In this document: one piece after another, positions 9,901 through 19,065 of the stretch
Position numbering within the stretch: position 1 is the first letter of the stretch
Layout of the letters: the number at the start of each line of letters is the position of its first letter
NCBI GenBank assembly: GCA_025774645.1
Contig: JALGVN010000009.1
Span: forward strand, 1 to 38,785
Source of the DNA: a bacterium
GTDB lineage: Bacteria > Joyebacterota > Joyebacteria > Joyebacterales > Joyebacteraceae
Direction: 5' to 3'
Length of the DNA: 38,785 bases
The notes under the pieces: model-generated
The model's database searches: none
Seen by the model: only the letters and a program-made list of their open reading frames with translations
What the model was told of the DNA's origin: nothing
Made by a program: the position numbers and the translations under genes

Positions 9901-12265
9901 CCCCAACGCCGACGTTGCCGGTGACATCGTCCACGAACACCCGGGTTACGTCTCCGGTCTGGAGCTCGAGAGGGCTCATGCTCGAGACCTTGTTCGTGTA
10001 GACCGTCCCCGTGACCTTCGCGTCGCCGGCGACGTGGAGCTTCGTGTCGGGAAGAGGTTCACCGATGCCCACGTTCCCGGGAACCGTTGAGTAGATGTTG
10101 TCTCCATCAAAGGACCAGTCCCCGTCGCCGCCCGCGGCGACCGAGATCGTGATCGTGTTGGCTTCATCGTCCGGAGTGATGGTGATGTTCTCACCCTCGA
10201 CGAGGTCGATGTCGCCCGCGTCGTTGGCGACGCCGTCCAGGCTCGAGACGACGTCGGGAACGACCATGTCGGCCGTGACTGCGTCGACCTGTCCCTCGTT
10301 CACGAAGACGGTGTCGTAGGCACTACCGTCCTGATAGGGGAGGGTCAGTCCGAGCGTGTCCGCCACGACCGCAAGGCCGGGACCCGTGACGACATCGAGC
10401 GTCACGTCGCCCTCGGTCCCACCGCCGGCGAGGCCGCTGCCTGCTTCGACGCCGGTGATGTCCCCGCTGCCTGTCGCGGCTATCGTGATCGTGTTCCCCG
10501 TGTCATCGGGTGTGATCGTGATGTTGTCGCCCTCGACGAGGTCGATGTCGCCCCCGTCGTTGGCGACGCCGTCCAGGCTCGAGACGACGTCGGGGACGAG
10601 CATGTCGGTCGAGACCGCGTCCGCCTGTCCCTCGTTCACGAAGACGGCGTCGTAGGCGGTTCCGTCCCGGTAGGGAACGGTCAGGGTGAGCGTGTCGGCG
10701 ACGACCGCGAGGCCCGCGCCGGTATTGACGTCGATGTTGTTGGAGCCGTCGTCAACGAGACCGGCTCCTGCGAAGTCTGAGACCTGAACGTGTATGGAGT
10801 CGGCGTCTGCCACGATGCCGTCTCCATCGCCGACCCAGAGGTGCGCGTCCGCGAAGTCCGCACCGCCGTAGAGACCGTCCTCCGCGATGACGGCGGTAAT
10901 GTCACCGGAGAGCGTTCCCGCCGCTGCGAAGGTGATCGTGTTCAGCTCGTCGTTGGTGAGGATCTGGATGTTCGATCCCTCGATGAACTGGATCTCCCCA
11001 CCGTCGTTCGTCACGCCGTTGATCCCGCTCAGGATGTTGGGGACGACCATGTCGGTCGTGACCGCGTCGGCCTGCCCCTCGTTCACGAAGGCGGCGTCGT
11101 AGGCGGCGCCGGTCGCGTACGCGTCCGTGAGGCCGAGCGTATCGGCGACGACCTCAAGTCCTGCGCCCGTGACGATCGCGAGATCGTTCGTTCCGTCGTC
11201 TGCGAGGCCGGCGCCGGCCAGAGCGGCCGCTACGACCGACACCGAGTCCGCGGAGACCGCGATGCCGTCTCCCGGGCCGACACCGAGATGGATGTCGCCT
11301 GCGTCACCGCCGCCCGTGAGTCCGTCGTCACCGTAGACGGCGGTCACGTCCCCGTTGCCGGTTGCCGCAATCGTGATGGTGTTTCCGACGTCGTCGGGAG
11401 TGATCGTGATGTTCTCACCCTCGATGAGGTCGATGTCGCCAGCGTCGTTCGCGACGCCGTCGAGAGTCGAGATAACGTCCGGCAACACCATGTCGGCGGT
11501 GACCGCGTCTGCCTGCCCCTCGTTCACGAAGGCGCCTCCGTCGAGGTACGGACCCGCGAGGCCCAGTGTGTCTGCGGCGATCGCGAGGCCCGCCCCCGCG
11601 TTCACGTCGAGCGTCACGTCGCCTTCGGTTCCGCCTCCGGAGAGAGCTTCGCCGGCGATGACACCGGTGAGGTCACCCGTGCCGCCGCCCGGCTGCCAGG
11701 ACGCGACCCCGGCCGCGTCGGACGTGAGAACGTGACCGTCGGCGGCCCCCGTGGGCATCACGAGGCCCAGTACTCGGGCCGTGTCCGCAACGTCGAGGGC
11801 GTACTCCGGCGTCGGGGTCCCGATGCCCACTCTCCCGGTGAGGCGATACACGTCACTCCCCGAGATCACCCAGTCGTCATCCGCCCCATTGTCGGCGTAG
11901 AGAGCGCGCATAGCGTACGGCGCTGCCGTCAGCTCCACGCGCGGCTCGAGCTCCGGGTCCGCTTCGATCGCGACACCCAGCCAGTAGGGCTGATCGAAGA
12001 GGATGTTGAGAGGCGTCGCGCTGCCGAGAACGGCGTTGAAGATCCCGCCGGAGACGGGCAGCGTCTGTGCCTCCATCCAGAGGGCGGCGCCTCCCACGTC
12101 CACGTCGTGGATGCTGAACGTGATGACGTAGTCGTCGTCCGGCACCATGCTCCCGCCGGCGTCCTTCAGCACTCCCTGGTAGCTCATCGTCTGCGGGACG
12201 TCTGCCACACTCACGCTTGCCGTCACCGCAAGGAGCACCGCGCAAACCAGCGTTCTCCATCTCAT
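6950..12265 (-). CDS. Large (1771 aa) acidic, repeat-rich secreted fibre/adhesin-like protein with phage tail-fibre-like GNVGIG modules
   Basis: Likely start ATG 12265 (SD AAGGAAG; signal peptide MRWRTLVCAVLLAVTASVSVA); N-domain PQTMSYQGVL...PYWLG...PRVELTAAPYA; several GxVGIG/VG and VLTSDAxGxxxW motifs; six copies each of two Gly/Asp-rich modules. Confidence 0.85.
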   Translation of the reverse strand: MRWRTLVCAVLLAVTASVSVADVPQTMSYQGVLKDAGGSMVPDDDYVITFSIHDVDVGGAALWMEAQTLPVSGGIFNAVLGSATPLNILFDQPYWLGVAIEADPELEPRVELTAAPYAMRALYADNGADDDWVISGSDVYRLTGRVGIGTPTPEYALDVADTARVLGLVMPTGAADGHVLTSDAAGVASWQPGGGTGDLTGVIAGEALSGGGTEGDVTLDVNAGAGLAIAADTLGLAGPYLDGGAFVNEGQADAVTADMVLPDVISTLDGVANDAGDIDLIEGENITITPDDVGNTITIAATGNGDVTAVYGDDGLTGGGDAGDIHLGVGPGDGIAVSADSVSVVAAALAGAGLADDGTNDLAIVTGAGLEVVADTLGLTDAYATGAAYDAAFVNEGQADAVTTDMVVPNILSGINGVTNDGGEIQFIEGSNIQILTNDELNTITFAAAGTLSGDITAVIAEDGLYGGADFADAHLWVGDGDGIVADADSIHVQVSDFAGAGLVDDGSNNIDVNTGAGLAVVADTLTLTVPYRDGTAYDAVFVNEGQADAVSTDMLVPDVVSSLDGVANDGGDIDLVEGDNITITPDDTGNTITIAATGSGDITGVEAGSGLAGGGTEGDVTLDVVTGPGLAVVADTLGLTLPYQDGSAYDTVFVNEGQVDAVTADMVVPDVVSSLDGVANDAGDIDLVEGENITITPDDEANTITISVAAGGDGDWSFDGDNIYSTVPGNVGIGEPLPDTKLHVAGDAKVTGTVYTNKVSSMSPLELQTGDVTRVFVDDVTGNVGVGVTTPVEKMEVDGAVRMTGLQLTTGPGDGLMLTSDASGVGTWQNPVDVLIPLDASADAPLTAVIGATNTTLETGFAAGVQGSHAASGTFGYLGGENIGVMGIGAIGTGVEGLGAIGVKGTGSTAGIQGIGSGPVGVGVFGSNLTGYAGYFEGNVLMTGFELPTGSAEGYVLTAGVGGSGTWQAIPPSIAGTGDPNRIPKFVDEQTLGNSAIFESGGTVSIGLVAARGDGSPRLKRGDTRTYGRLARRFVVAADNAETGHFSVMETDALEDGRTAIYALRDREWDVPNDGSGYGVGETNNAITGYNYWGDLYTFGVAGYSYNDEKLTGGVLGAEHEGDYWGALGYRDIDYHGWGVYTPNDTYVGGNLGIGIDDPQAKLDVAGTAQVTGLTMPTGASTGYVLTSDAFGAATWEAPSSSDITAVYADDGLTGGAETGDAHLAVGAGDGISVSADDVSLVAADIAGAGLADDGANNLAIVTGAGLAVVADTLGLTVPYQDGSAYDAVFVNEGQADAVGAGMIVPDVVSSLDGVANDAGDIDLVEGANITITPDDLGNTITIAATGGGDITAVTAGSGLTGGGTEGDVTLDVLTGAGLTVLADAVELTVPYQDGSAYDAVFVNEGQTSSITGDMIADGAVTDADVATGAAIDPAKISGTAWTALNDGTGSGLDADTVDGLDSSDLATATHEHDAAHIDDEAGEVDTAADFGFVAPTHVANMDADLLDGQEAASFATTVHEHDAAYVNDDSGEVDTAADFGFVAPTHVANMDADLLDGQEAASFATTVHEHDAAYIDDEAGEVDTAADFGFVAPTYVANLDSDLLDGQEAASFATTVHEHDDAYVNEGQADAVSVAMISTDVVSSLDGVANDGGDIDLIAGSNVTITPDDIGNAITIAATDPADGDWTVSGGDVYSAVAGNVGVGTSSPARKLHISDVLRLEPRADFPASPSDGDICVMGDSGSRHIYCYLNGSWMQLDPAAARRNDVTE
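7401..7852 (-). repeat. Three near-identical tandem 147-bp (49-aa) intragenic repeats
   Basis: Anchor TCGTGCTCGTG at 7401, 7548, 7695 and 7842 (period 147); unit HEHDAAxIDDEAGEVDTAADFGFVAPTHVANMDADLLDGQEAASFATTV. Confidence 0.92.
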
Positions 12266-12715
12266 GGTGTGGGCTTCCTTTCGCAGTTCCGCGGGCGTCG
12301 TGCGCCCTCTCCTGTCACCGTGCTCTCTCATGGACTCTCGTCTCCATAAAACAACGTGCCCCGGGCGTATCCGCACGGGTCGACAGCCGCGGAAAGCGCG
12401 GCTCCCCGTACAGACCCGGAGCAATCCCTAGGCCGTTCAGCACGACCGACTCCCTCTTCTCAGCTGACTCTCCTGCCGTCCCCGGCAGCGGTACGCACTG
12501 GCCGCAACATCATGCTGCGGACCGACTTCCACTCTTCTTGACTACAAGTATGAGCAGTAGGCGATGGCTGTGCGTCCTTTCCGAGCCCGCTCTCCGGACG
12601 GAGCCGGTCGCCGCGCCGGTTTCCCACCGTACGCGGACATAAGACGGCCACGCGGCGGGAGCATTCGCATGCGCCCCGCGGCACGGTGACCGTGAGCTTG
12701 TCCCTCTAACTGCCT

Positions 12716-12744
12716 ATAATACCACTATTAATGCGGTTTGTCAA
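12716..12744 (-). promoter_or_regulatory. Sigma70-type promoter for the fibre-protein gene, implying a ~440-nt 5' leader
   Basis: TTGACA-17 nt-TATTAT with extended -10 TG, inside an AT-rich patch. Confidence 0.7.
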
Positions 12745-12857
12745 TGAATCAGGGAGTTCGGCTGGGGACCGGTGGGAGCGGTGCAGAATGCCATCTGGGG
12801 CGGTTCTTGAGGGATCGGAAGGGAAAGGCGCGGTCGGTTGTTGTCGGGAGCCGGCTC

Positions 12858-14075
12858 CTACTCGTGCCGGAGCGCGTCTATGGGGTTCAGGCGGGCTGCC
12901 TTCCGGGCAGGGTAGTAGCCGAAGAAGACGCCGACCGCCCCGGAGAACCCGAACGCGATCGCGATGACCCACGGGTCGATGAGCGTGGTCATCCCCGCGT
13001 ACTTCGAGAGGAGGGACGAGACCAGGAACGCGAGGACGATCCCGATGATGCCTCCGACGAGCGAGAGGACCACGGCCTCGGTGAGGAACTGCCTCAGGAC
13101 GTCCTTGCTTCGCGCTCCGACGGCCAGGCGGATGCCGATCTCTCTCGTCCGCTCGGTCACCGACACGAGCATTATGTTCATGATGCCGATCCCGCCGACG
13201 AGGAGCGAGACGCCCGCCACCGACCCGAGGAGGAGTGTCATGACGCGCGACGTCTCGGCCGCGGTCTCCATGATCTCGGCCTGGTTGCGGACCCGGAAGT
13301 CGTCCTCTTCGCCGGGGTGGAGCCTGTGAGCCTCCCTGAGGAGGAGCGTGAGCTCCTCCTGCGCGGCCGCCGACTCCTCAGGAGAGAGAGCGCTCGCGTA
13401 GATCCTGCTGATGTGCTTCCCGCCCGCGAGTCGGTAGAGCACGGTCGTCGACGGGGCGAGGATGACGTCGTCCTGGTCGTGACCCCAGGAAGTCTGTCCC
13501 TTCTCGGTGAGCGTGCCGATCACGCGGAACGGCGTGTTCCTGATGCGGATCGTCTCACCGATCGGGTCGCTGTCGGGGAAGAGGTTCTCGACGACGGTCT
13601 GCCCGAGCACGGCTACCTTGCTCTTGGCGCGGACCTCTCTGTCCCCGAAGAACTCACCTGTCGCGAGCGGCCAGCTGCGTATCTCGATGTACGAGGGGTC
13701 GACGCCCTCCACGGACGTGTTCCAGTTCCCGATCCCGCCTATGATCTGCCCCCCCGAACGGACGAGCGGCGAAACGGCCGTGACGAGGAGCGCCTGCTCC
13801 CTGAGCTTCGTGGCGTCGTCGAGCGTGAGCATGTTCCTGGACCCGGCGCCCTGGCTGACTCCGCCGACCCTGCGGTGCATCGGGAATATGACGATGAGGT
13901 TGGCCCCGAGCGAGCGGATCTGATTCTCGACCTCCGCCTGGGCGCCCGCTCCGATGCCCACCATCACGATGACGGCGCCGACGCCGATGATCACGCCGAG
14001 CGACGTCAGGAGGCTCCTCATCCTGTTCTTCGTGAGGCTCCTGAAAGCGATCCTGATGAGGTTCCTGACCTTCAT
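12858..14075 (-). CDS. MacB/FtsX-family ABC transporter permease
   Basis: RSLLTSLGVIIGV; periplasmic domain; GGIGIMNIMLVSVTERTREIGIRLAVGA; FFGYYPARKAARLNPIDALRHE; start taken at MKVRNL (ATG 14075). Confidence 0.93.
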   Translation of the reverse strand: MKVRNLIRIAFRSLTKNRMRSLLTSLGVIIGVGAVIVMVGIGAGAQAEVENQIRSLGANLIVIFPMHRRVGGVSQGAGSRNMLTLDDATKLREQALLVTAVSPLVRSGGQIIGGIGNWNTSVEGVDPSYIEIRSWPLATGEFFGDREVRAKSKVAVLGQTVVENLFPDSDPIGETIRIRNTPFRVIGTLTEKGQTSWGHDQDDVILAPSTTVLYRLAGGKHISRIYASALSPEESAAAQEELTLLLREAHRLHPGEEDDFRVRNQAEIMETAAETSRVMTLLLGSVAGVSLLVGGIGIMNIMLVSVTERTREIGIRLAVGARSKDVLRQFLTEAVVLSLVGGIIGIVLAFLVSSLLSKYAGMTTLIDPWVIAIAFGFSGAVGVFFGYYPARKAARLNPIDALRHE

Positions 14076-14082
14076 CGTCTCT

Positions 14083-14853
14083 CTAGCTCCTTGGGAATCC
14101 GCCCCGGCTCGCGGGGTCACCGATCTCCGGGACATCCAACGCGTCCTTCGCTGCGTCGCGTCGGTTCTGGTTCACGTGGTCCTCGACGACGACCCCGTCT
14201 CTGAGCGTCACCGTCCGGCTCGTGTACCGGGCGAGGTCGTGTTCGTGTGTGACGACCAGGATCGTGATGCCCTGGGCGTTCAGTTCCTGAAAGAGCGCCA
14301 TGACGTCGAGGGACGTGTGGCTGTCGAGGTTTCCGGTCGGCTCGTCGGCGAGGATGATCGAAGGGCAATTGACGAGCGCGCGGGCGATGGCGACGCGCTG
14401 CTGTTCGCCGCCCGAGAGCTCGCTCGGTTCATGCTCGACCCGATCGCCGAGACCGACGCGCTCGAGCGCCTCGATCGCGGCGGCGCGCGGGTCCTCGATG
14501 CGGGCGGAACGGTCGTAGAAGAGAGGGAGTTCGACGTTGTCGAGCGCCGACGTCCGCGCGAGCAGGTTGAACCCCTGGAAGACGAAGCCGATCTTCTGAT
14601 TTCGGATCTCGGCGAACTCGTCGCCCGTGAGCTCGTGGACATCCACGCCGCCGAGGTGGTACTCACCGGAGGTCGCCGCGTCGAGGCACCCGAGGACGTT
14701 CATGAGCGTCGACTTCCCGGAGCCTGACGCGCCCATGAGCGCCACGAACTCGCCGTCCTCCACGACGAGGTCGACGCCGCGCAGGGCGTGCACGGTGACG
14801 TCACCCATGTGGTAGACCTTTGTGACCCCGCGTGTCTCGATCAGACCGGCCAT
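14083..14853 (-). CDS. MacB/LolD-type ABC ATP-binding protein
   Basis: Walker [39 protein letters not shown]; start taken at MAGLIE (ATG 14853). Confidence 0.93.
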   Translation of the reverse strand: MAGLIETRGVTKVYHMGDVTVHALRGVDLVVEDGEFVALMGASGSGKSTLMNVLGCLDAATSGEYHLGGVDVHELTGDEFAEIRNQKIGFVFQGFNLLARTSALDNVELPLFYDRSARIEDPRAAAIEALERVGLGDRVEHEPSELSGGEQQRVAIARALVNCPSIILADEPTGNLDSHTSLDVMALFQELNAQGITILVVTHEHDLARYTSRTVTLRDGVVVEDHVNQNRRDAAKDALDVPEIGDPASRGGFPRS

Positions 14854-14893
14854 CGTGTCATCCTTGAACAGCCTCAACGTTCGACCGCCGCTC

Positions 14894-16201
14894 CTAGATC
14901 CCGCGGCGGAGCGCCCTGCTCGCGGTGCTTCCCCGCGCCGCTTCCTCGCTGACCTTCGTAATGACCTGCGTGCCCTCTTCGATACCGCGCCCGCTCACGA
15001 TCTCCGTCATCCGTCCGTCGGTCGCGCCGACGTCGATCCGCACAGCGTCGAAGTCGCCGTCCTCGCCGAGGATCCAGAGCCGCGTCCCGCCCCACTGCTG
15101 GCCGCCGTGGGCGCCCGACATTCCCGGTGGACCACCGCTGTTTCCCCCCGGCCCGCTCTGCCCGCCGTGGCCGCCACTCTGGGCACCCGGTTGCTTCCCG
15201 TCGCCGCGCCGGCCCATCTTCGCCCTTGTGGAGTCGGGGAGGTTCTCCATGCGCTTCTGCATGCGCGCCCGGAACTCCTCCATCATCTCATCGGAAGGCT
15301 GGAACCTGAACGCGGCGTTCGGCACGAGCAGGACGTCGTGGCGCTCGTCGATCACGAAATCGGTCGTCGCTGTCATGCCGGGGTAGAGAAGTCCCTTCTC
15401 GTTCGCGGCGTCGACGACGGCGGTGTAGGTGACCACGTTCTGCACCGTCTGAGGCTGAAGCCAGATTTGCCGGACCGTGCCCTCGAACATCTCGTCGATG
15501 TACGCCTCCACCGTGAACCGCACCTCCTGGCCGACCTCGATGGCGCCGATGTCGCTCTCGTCCACCTGAGCGTGGATCTCCATCTCCGACAGGTCTTCGG
15601 CGATGACGAACAGCGTCGGAGTGGAGAAGCTCGCCGCGACGGTCTGTCCCGGCTCGACGTTCCTCATGATGACAGTTCCGTCGATGGGGGAGCGGATGAC
15701 GGCGTAGCGCAGGTTCGCCCGCGCGCGATCGAGCGAGGCCTTCGCCGAGATGAGGCTCGCGTGGCCGGTGTCGAGGAGCGTCTGGGCGTCCAGGAACTCC
15801 TGCTCGCTGATGAGGTTGCCCTCTCGCAGGTCGTGCTCGCGCCCGTAGTCGCGCGCCATTTGGTCGTACTGAGCCTCGGACCGCATCACCTCCGCGCTCG
15901 CCTGACGGACGCTTGCGGAGAGCATCGTCGTGTCGAGGACAGCGAGGACCTGCCCCTTCCGCACGCTCTCGTTGTAGTCGACGAGAACCCCGCTGATGGT
16001 CCCCGAGACCTGCGTCCCGACCTCGACCGTCCCGACCGCCGAGAGTGTTCCCGTGCTCGAGATGACGTTCTCGAGATCGCCGCGTTCGATCTCGACGGTC
16101 TCGTAGCGGCTCGCCGCGGCTTCCCCGTCCCGCCCGACGACGTACCAGATGACCAGGACCGCTGCCACTGCCGCGATGGCGATGACGATGAGTCTTTTCA
16201 T
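14894..16201 (-). CDS. Efflux periplasmic adaptor (MacA/HlyD membrane fusion protein)
   Basis: N-terminal anchor; VEVGTQVSG, VxKGQVLA, IRSPIDGTV, VEPGQTVAAS, VDESDIG, PGMTA; start taken at MKRLIV (ATG 16201). Confidence 0.92.
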   Translation of the reverse strand: MKRLIVIAIAAVAAVLVIWYVVGRDGEAAASRYETVEIERGDLENVISSTGTLSAVGTVEVGTQVSGTISGVLVDYNESVRKGQVLAVLDTTMLSASVRQASAEVMRSEAQYDQMARDYGREHDLREGNLISEQEFLDAQTLLDTGHASLISAKASLDRARANLRYAVIRSPIDGTVIMRNVEPGQTVAASFSTPTLFVIAEDLSEMEIHAQVDESDIGAIEVGQEVRFTVEAYIDEMFEGTVRQIWLQPQTVQNVVTYTAVVDAANEKGLLYPGMTATTDFVIDERHDVLLVPNAAFRFQPSDEMMEEFRARMQKRMENLPDSTRAKMGRRGDGKQPGAQSGGHGGQSGPGGNSGGPPGMSGAHGGQQWGGTRLWILGEDGDFDAVRIDVGATDGRMTEIVSGRGIEEGTQVITKVSEEAARGSTASRALRRGI

Positions 16202-16411
16202 TTCGGGGAGATCCTCTCTGAAGGTCTTCGTTCGGGAAGGCCCTCCGCGAGCGAGAGCCTCGATGTTCGGCAAGCTACCATCGTACCACACTCCTCCCGC
16301 GGTCAGGACGGAGATTCTCCTCTCGCGGGCCGCGCGAATCTGCTAGCCTCTGCGCGATGCTGGAGGCGAGTCACCACGGCCGAACGCCATCCACCGGAAA
16401 GCGGGTGAAGA

Positions 16412-19057
16412 ATGTCGAAGCCGAAGGTGAGGTTCGGACGCGGGCGCGCAATCCGCTTCCTGATTCCTCTCTTCCTGATGAGCGGGGCCGCGTCCCTCGT
16501 GTACGAGACGCTCTGGGCGCGGCAGCTCCACGTCGTGTTCGGCACCAGCCAGCTCGCGATCGTGACGGTGCTCTCCGCGTTCATGGGGGGTCTCGCGCTC
16601 GGGAGCTTCGCGGCCGCGCGGTGGGCCGAGCGGACCACGCGCCCCCTTCTCACGTACGCCGTCCTCGAAGCGTTCATAGGAGTCTACGCCCTCGTCTTCC
16701 CGTGGCTCGTCCGCGCAGTCACTCCGGTCTATCTCGGGTTCTGGAGCGCGTTCGAACCCGGCCCGGCCGCCTTCGGCACGTTCCAGTTCATCCTCCTCGG
16801 CATCCTGGTGCTTCCGCCCACTCTCTGCATGGGCGCAACGCTTCCGCTCCTGGCGCGGTTCGTGACGTCCGACCGCACGGAGACCGGTTACCAGGTCGGC
16901 AGGCTCTACGGAGTCAACACTCTCGGTGCGGTCCTCGGCACCGCGCTCGCGGGGTTCGTGCTGCTCCCGCGTTTCGGACTCGCAGCGACGACGTGGGGGA
17001 CGGCCGCGGCGAACGGGGTGCTCGCCCTCCTCGCGCTGGCGCTGTCTCGGGCGAGCGAGCCCGTCGCGTTGGTCGCGTCCGAAGAGCGCGGCGTGTCGAA
17101 GCTGAGCCCGGGCCGATCGGGAGAGGGGAAAAGGACCGGCGCAGAAGTGGCCCCGAAGCGAGACTCGTACCTGGGCCCGCTCCTGCTCGTGGCCGCGCTC
17201 GCCGGCTTCGCCAGTCTCCTCTGCGAGATCGCGTGGTTCCGGCTGCTCGCGCTCACGCTCGGCGGGAGCGCGTACGCGTTCACGATCATGCTCCTCGCGT
17301 TCCTCCTGGGCATCGGGATCGGCGGGTGGGCCGGCGGAAGGCTTGCCGACCGCGACCTCGCGAGAGGAGGCCGGAGGCTCGTCCTCGGGCGCCTCGCCGG
17401 CATCCAGGTGGGGGTCGGTGCTCTCTGCTGGTTCGCAATGCTCCTCTACGGACAGCTGCCGTTCGTCTACGTGTGGCTCTTCGACCGCATGGGCGGCACC
17501 GGCTGGCCCTTCTGGTTCATGCAGCTGGCCATTGCGCTCGGAATCATGATCCTCCCGACGCTCTTCATGGGCGCGACGTTCCCGTATCTCGTCCGCGCTG
17601 CGGCGGGCAGGCCCGACCAGATCAGCCGTCCCGTCGGACGGCTGTACGGAACGAACACGCTCGGCGCGCTTCTGGGTGCGGCCTTCGGTGGTCTCGTCAT
17701 GCTCCCGGCGCTCAACATCCAGGGCACGGTGGTCGCTGCGGCTTCGGTCAACATCGTCGCGTCCGTCCTTGTGGCCGCTCTCGCCGTGACCGCCGGGGGC
17801 AGAGTCCGCGGCGCGGGTTTCCTCGGACGGATGGCTGCCGCCGCGGCCGTGATCCTCCTCATGTTCGTCTTCCGTCCGCCCTGGAACCCCCTGCTCATGG
17901 CATCGGGTCTCTACAAATACGTCTCGGACCTCGAGGACCGCTCGCGCGAGGGAGTGAAGGAGTTCGTACTCACTCCGTTCGACCTGCTGTTCTACGACGA
18001 GGGGTTCTCGTCGGTCGTCACCGTCGCCCTGTCCCACGAAACCGGCAACATCTGGCTCGCCAACAACGGCAAGGTCGACGCGTCGACCGACTCCGATCTG
18101 AGCACGCAGATTCTCAGCGCGCAGCTCCCTCTCCTCATGCGTCCGGACGCTGAGCGTGTTCTCGTCATCGGACTGGCGAGCGGGATCTCGCTCGGCTCGG
18201 TCACGTTGTACGATTCGCCGACCGTCATCGACGTCGTCGAGATCGAGCCGGCCGTGGTCGTGGCGAGCCATTACTTCAACGGGCACAACAACCAGCCGCT
18301 CGATGATCCCCGCGTGCGAGTCATCGTGAACGACGCCCGCAACCACCTCATGCTCACGGGGGACGGAACGTACGACGTCGTCAGCTCGGAACCCTCGAAC
18401 CCCTGGCTCACCGGAGTCTCGAGCCTTTTCACGAAGGAGTTCTTCGAGCTCGGGAAGAGCAAGATGACGCCGGACGGTGTGTGGGCTCAGTGGGTGCAGA
18501 TGTACGGCCTGACGTCTTCCGACCTGAAGTCGATCATCGCGACGTTCGGCGACGTCTTCCACTACGTGGCGCTCTTCCGGATCGACGAGGCCGACCTCGT
18601 GGTTCTGGGAAGCGACGAACCGCTCCCGTTCACTGCGGCGAGCATCGTCGATGTCGTCCAGAGGAACCCGCGGGCCCAGGGCGACTTCGCGCGGCTCGAC
18701 ATGAGGAAGTCGGAGGAGATCGTCGCGCTGTACCTGTTCGGCGAGGCTGCCGTTGCCGAGCTCGGCGTCGGCGTCACGCGAAATACCGACGACAACATGG
18801 TAGTGGAGTACTCGGCGCCGCTTCATCTCCACGAGGAGACCCGGATCGACAACATCGAGATGCTCATGGAGCTCGCTGTGTTGCCGCTCGACGCCGTCGA
18901 AGGGCCGGGGGAGCTCAAGACTCTGGCTGTGGCGTACGAGACGTACGACTGGGATCCGAGGCGCGCGATCGCGGCGGCTGCCGTCGGGAAGGAGCTCTAT
19001 CCCGACGACCCCGACTTCGAGGAGCTTCTCGAGGGCTTTCTGGACGACGCCGACTAG
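16412..19057 (+). CDS. Fused multi-TM (MFS-like) / spermidine-synthase-like SAM-binding protein
   Basis: Duplicated TM halves (SGAASLVYETLW / AGFASLLCEIAW; GRLYGxNTLGA twice); C-terminal Rossmann fold LVIGLASG, VEIEPAV, NDARNHL, YDVVSSEPSNPW, TDDN. Confidence 0.9.
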   Translation: MSKPKVRFGRGRAIRFLIPLFLMSGAASLVYETLWARQLHVVFGTSQLAIVTVLSAFMGGLALGSFAAARWAERTTRPLLTYAVLEAFIGVYALVFPWLVRAVTPVYLGFWSAFEPGPAAFGTFQFILLGILVLPPTLCMGATLPLLARFVTSDRTETGYQVGRLYGVNTLGAVLGTALAGFVLLPRFGLAATTWGTAAANGVLALLALALSRASEPVALVASEERGVSKLSPGRSGEGKRTGAEVAPKRDSYLGPLLLVAALAGFASLLCEIAWFRLLALTLGGSAYAFTIMLLAFLLGIGIGGWAGGRLADRDLARGGRRLVLGRLAGIQVGVGALCWFAMLLYGQLPFVYVWLFDRMGGTGWPFWFMQLAIALGIMILPTLFMGATFPYLVRAAAGRPDQISRPVGRLYGTNTLGALLGAAFGGLVMLPALNIQGTVVAAASVNIVASVLVAALAVTAGGRVRGAGFLGRMAAAAAVILLMFVFRPPWNPLLMASGLYKYVSDLEDRSREGVKEFVLTPFDLLFYDEGFSSVVTVALSHETGNIWLANNGKVDASTDSDLSTQILSAQLPLLMRPDAERVLVIGLASGISLGSVTLYDSPTVIDVVEIEPAVVVASHYFNGHNNQPLDDPRVRVIVNDARNHLMLTGDGTYDVVSSEPSNPWLTGVSSLFTKEFFELGKSKMTPDGVWAQWVQMYGLTSSDLKSIIATFGDVFHYVALFRIDEADLVVLGSDEPLPFTAASIVDVVQRNPRAQGDFARLDMRKSEEIVALYLFGEAAVAELGVGVTRNTDDNMVVEYSAPLHLHEETRIDNIEMLMELAVLPLDAVEGPGELKTLAVAYETYDWDPRRAIAAAAVGKELYPDDPDFEELLEGFLDDAD

Positions 19058-19065
19058 GCGCTGCC

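Noticed and set aside
6950-12265. Prophage, given the tail-fibre-like motifs
   Set aside because: The protein has a Sec signal peptide, and no integrase, capsid, terminase or other phage genes flank it.
12266-12424. N-terminal extensions in the ORF track (fibre gene to 12424; also 20418, 22394, 22909, 16291)
   Set aside because: Downstream ATGs with SD sequences, signal peptides or ATGA overlaps are better starts; some extensions overlap other genes or promoters.
12555-12590. GGAAAGGACGCACAGCC resembling a c-di-GMP-I (GEMM) riboswitch junction
   Set aside because: No upstream GGCAAA element or proper P2/P3; GGACG is explained by pairing with the nearby CGTCC.
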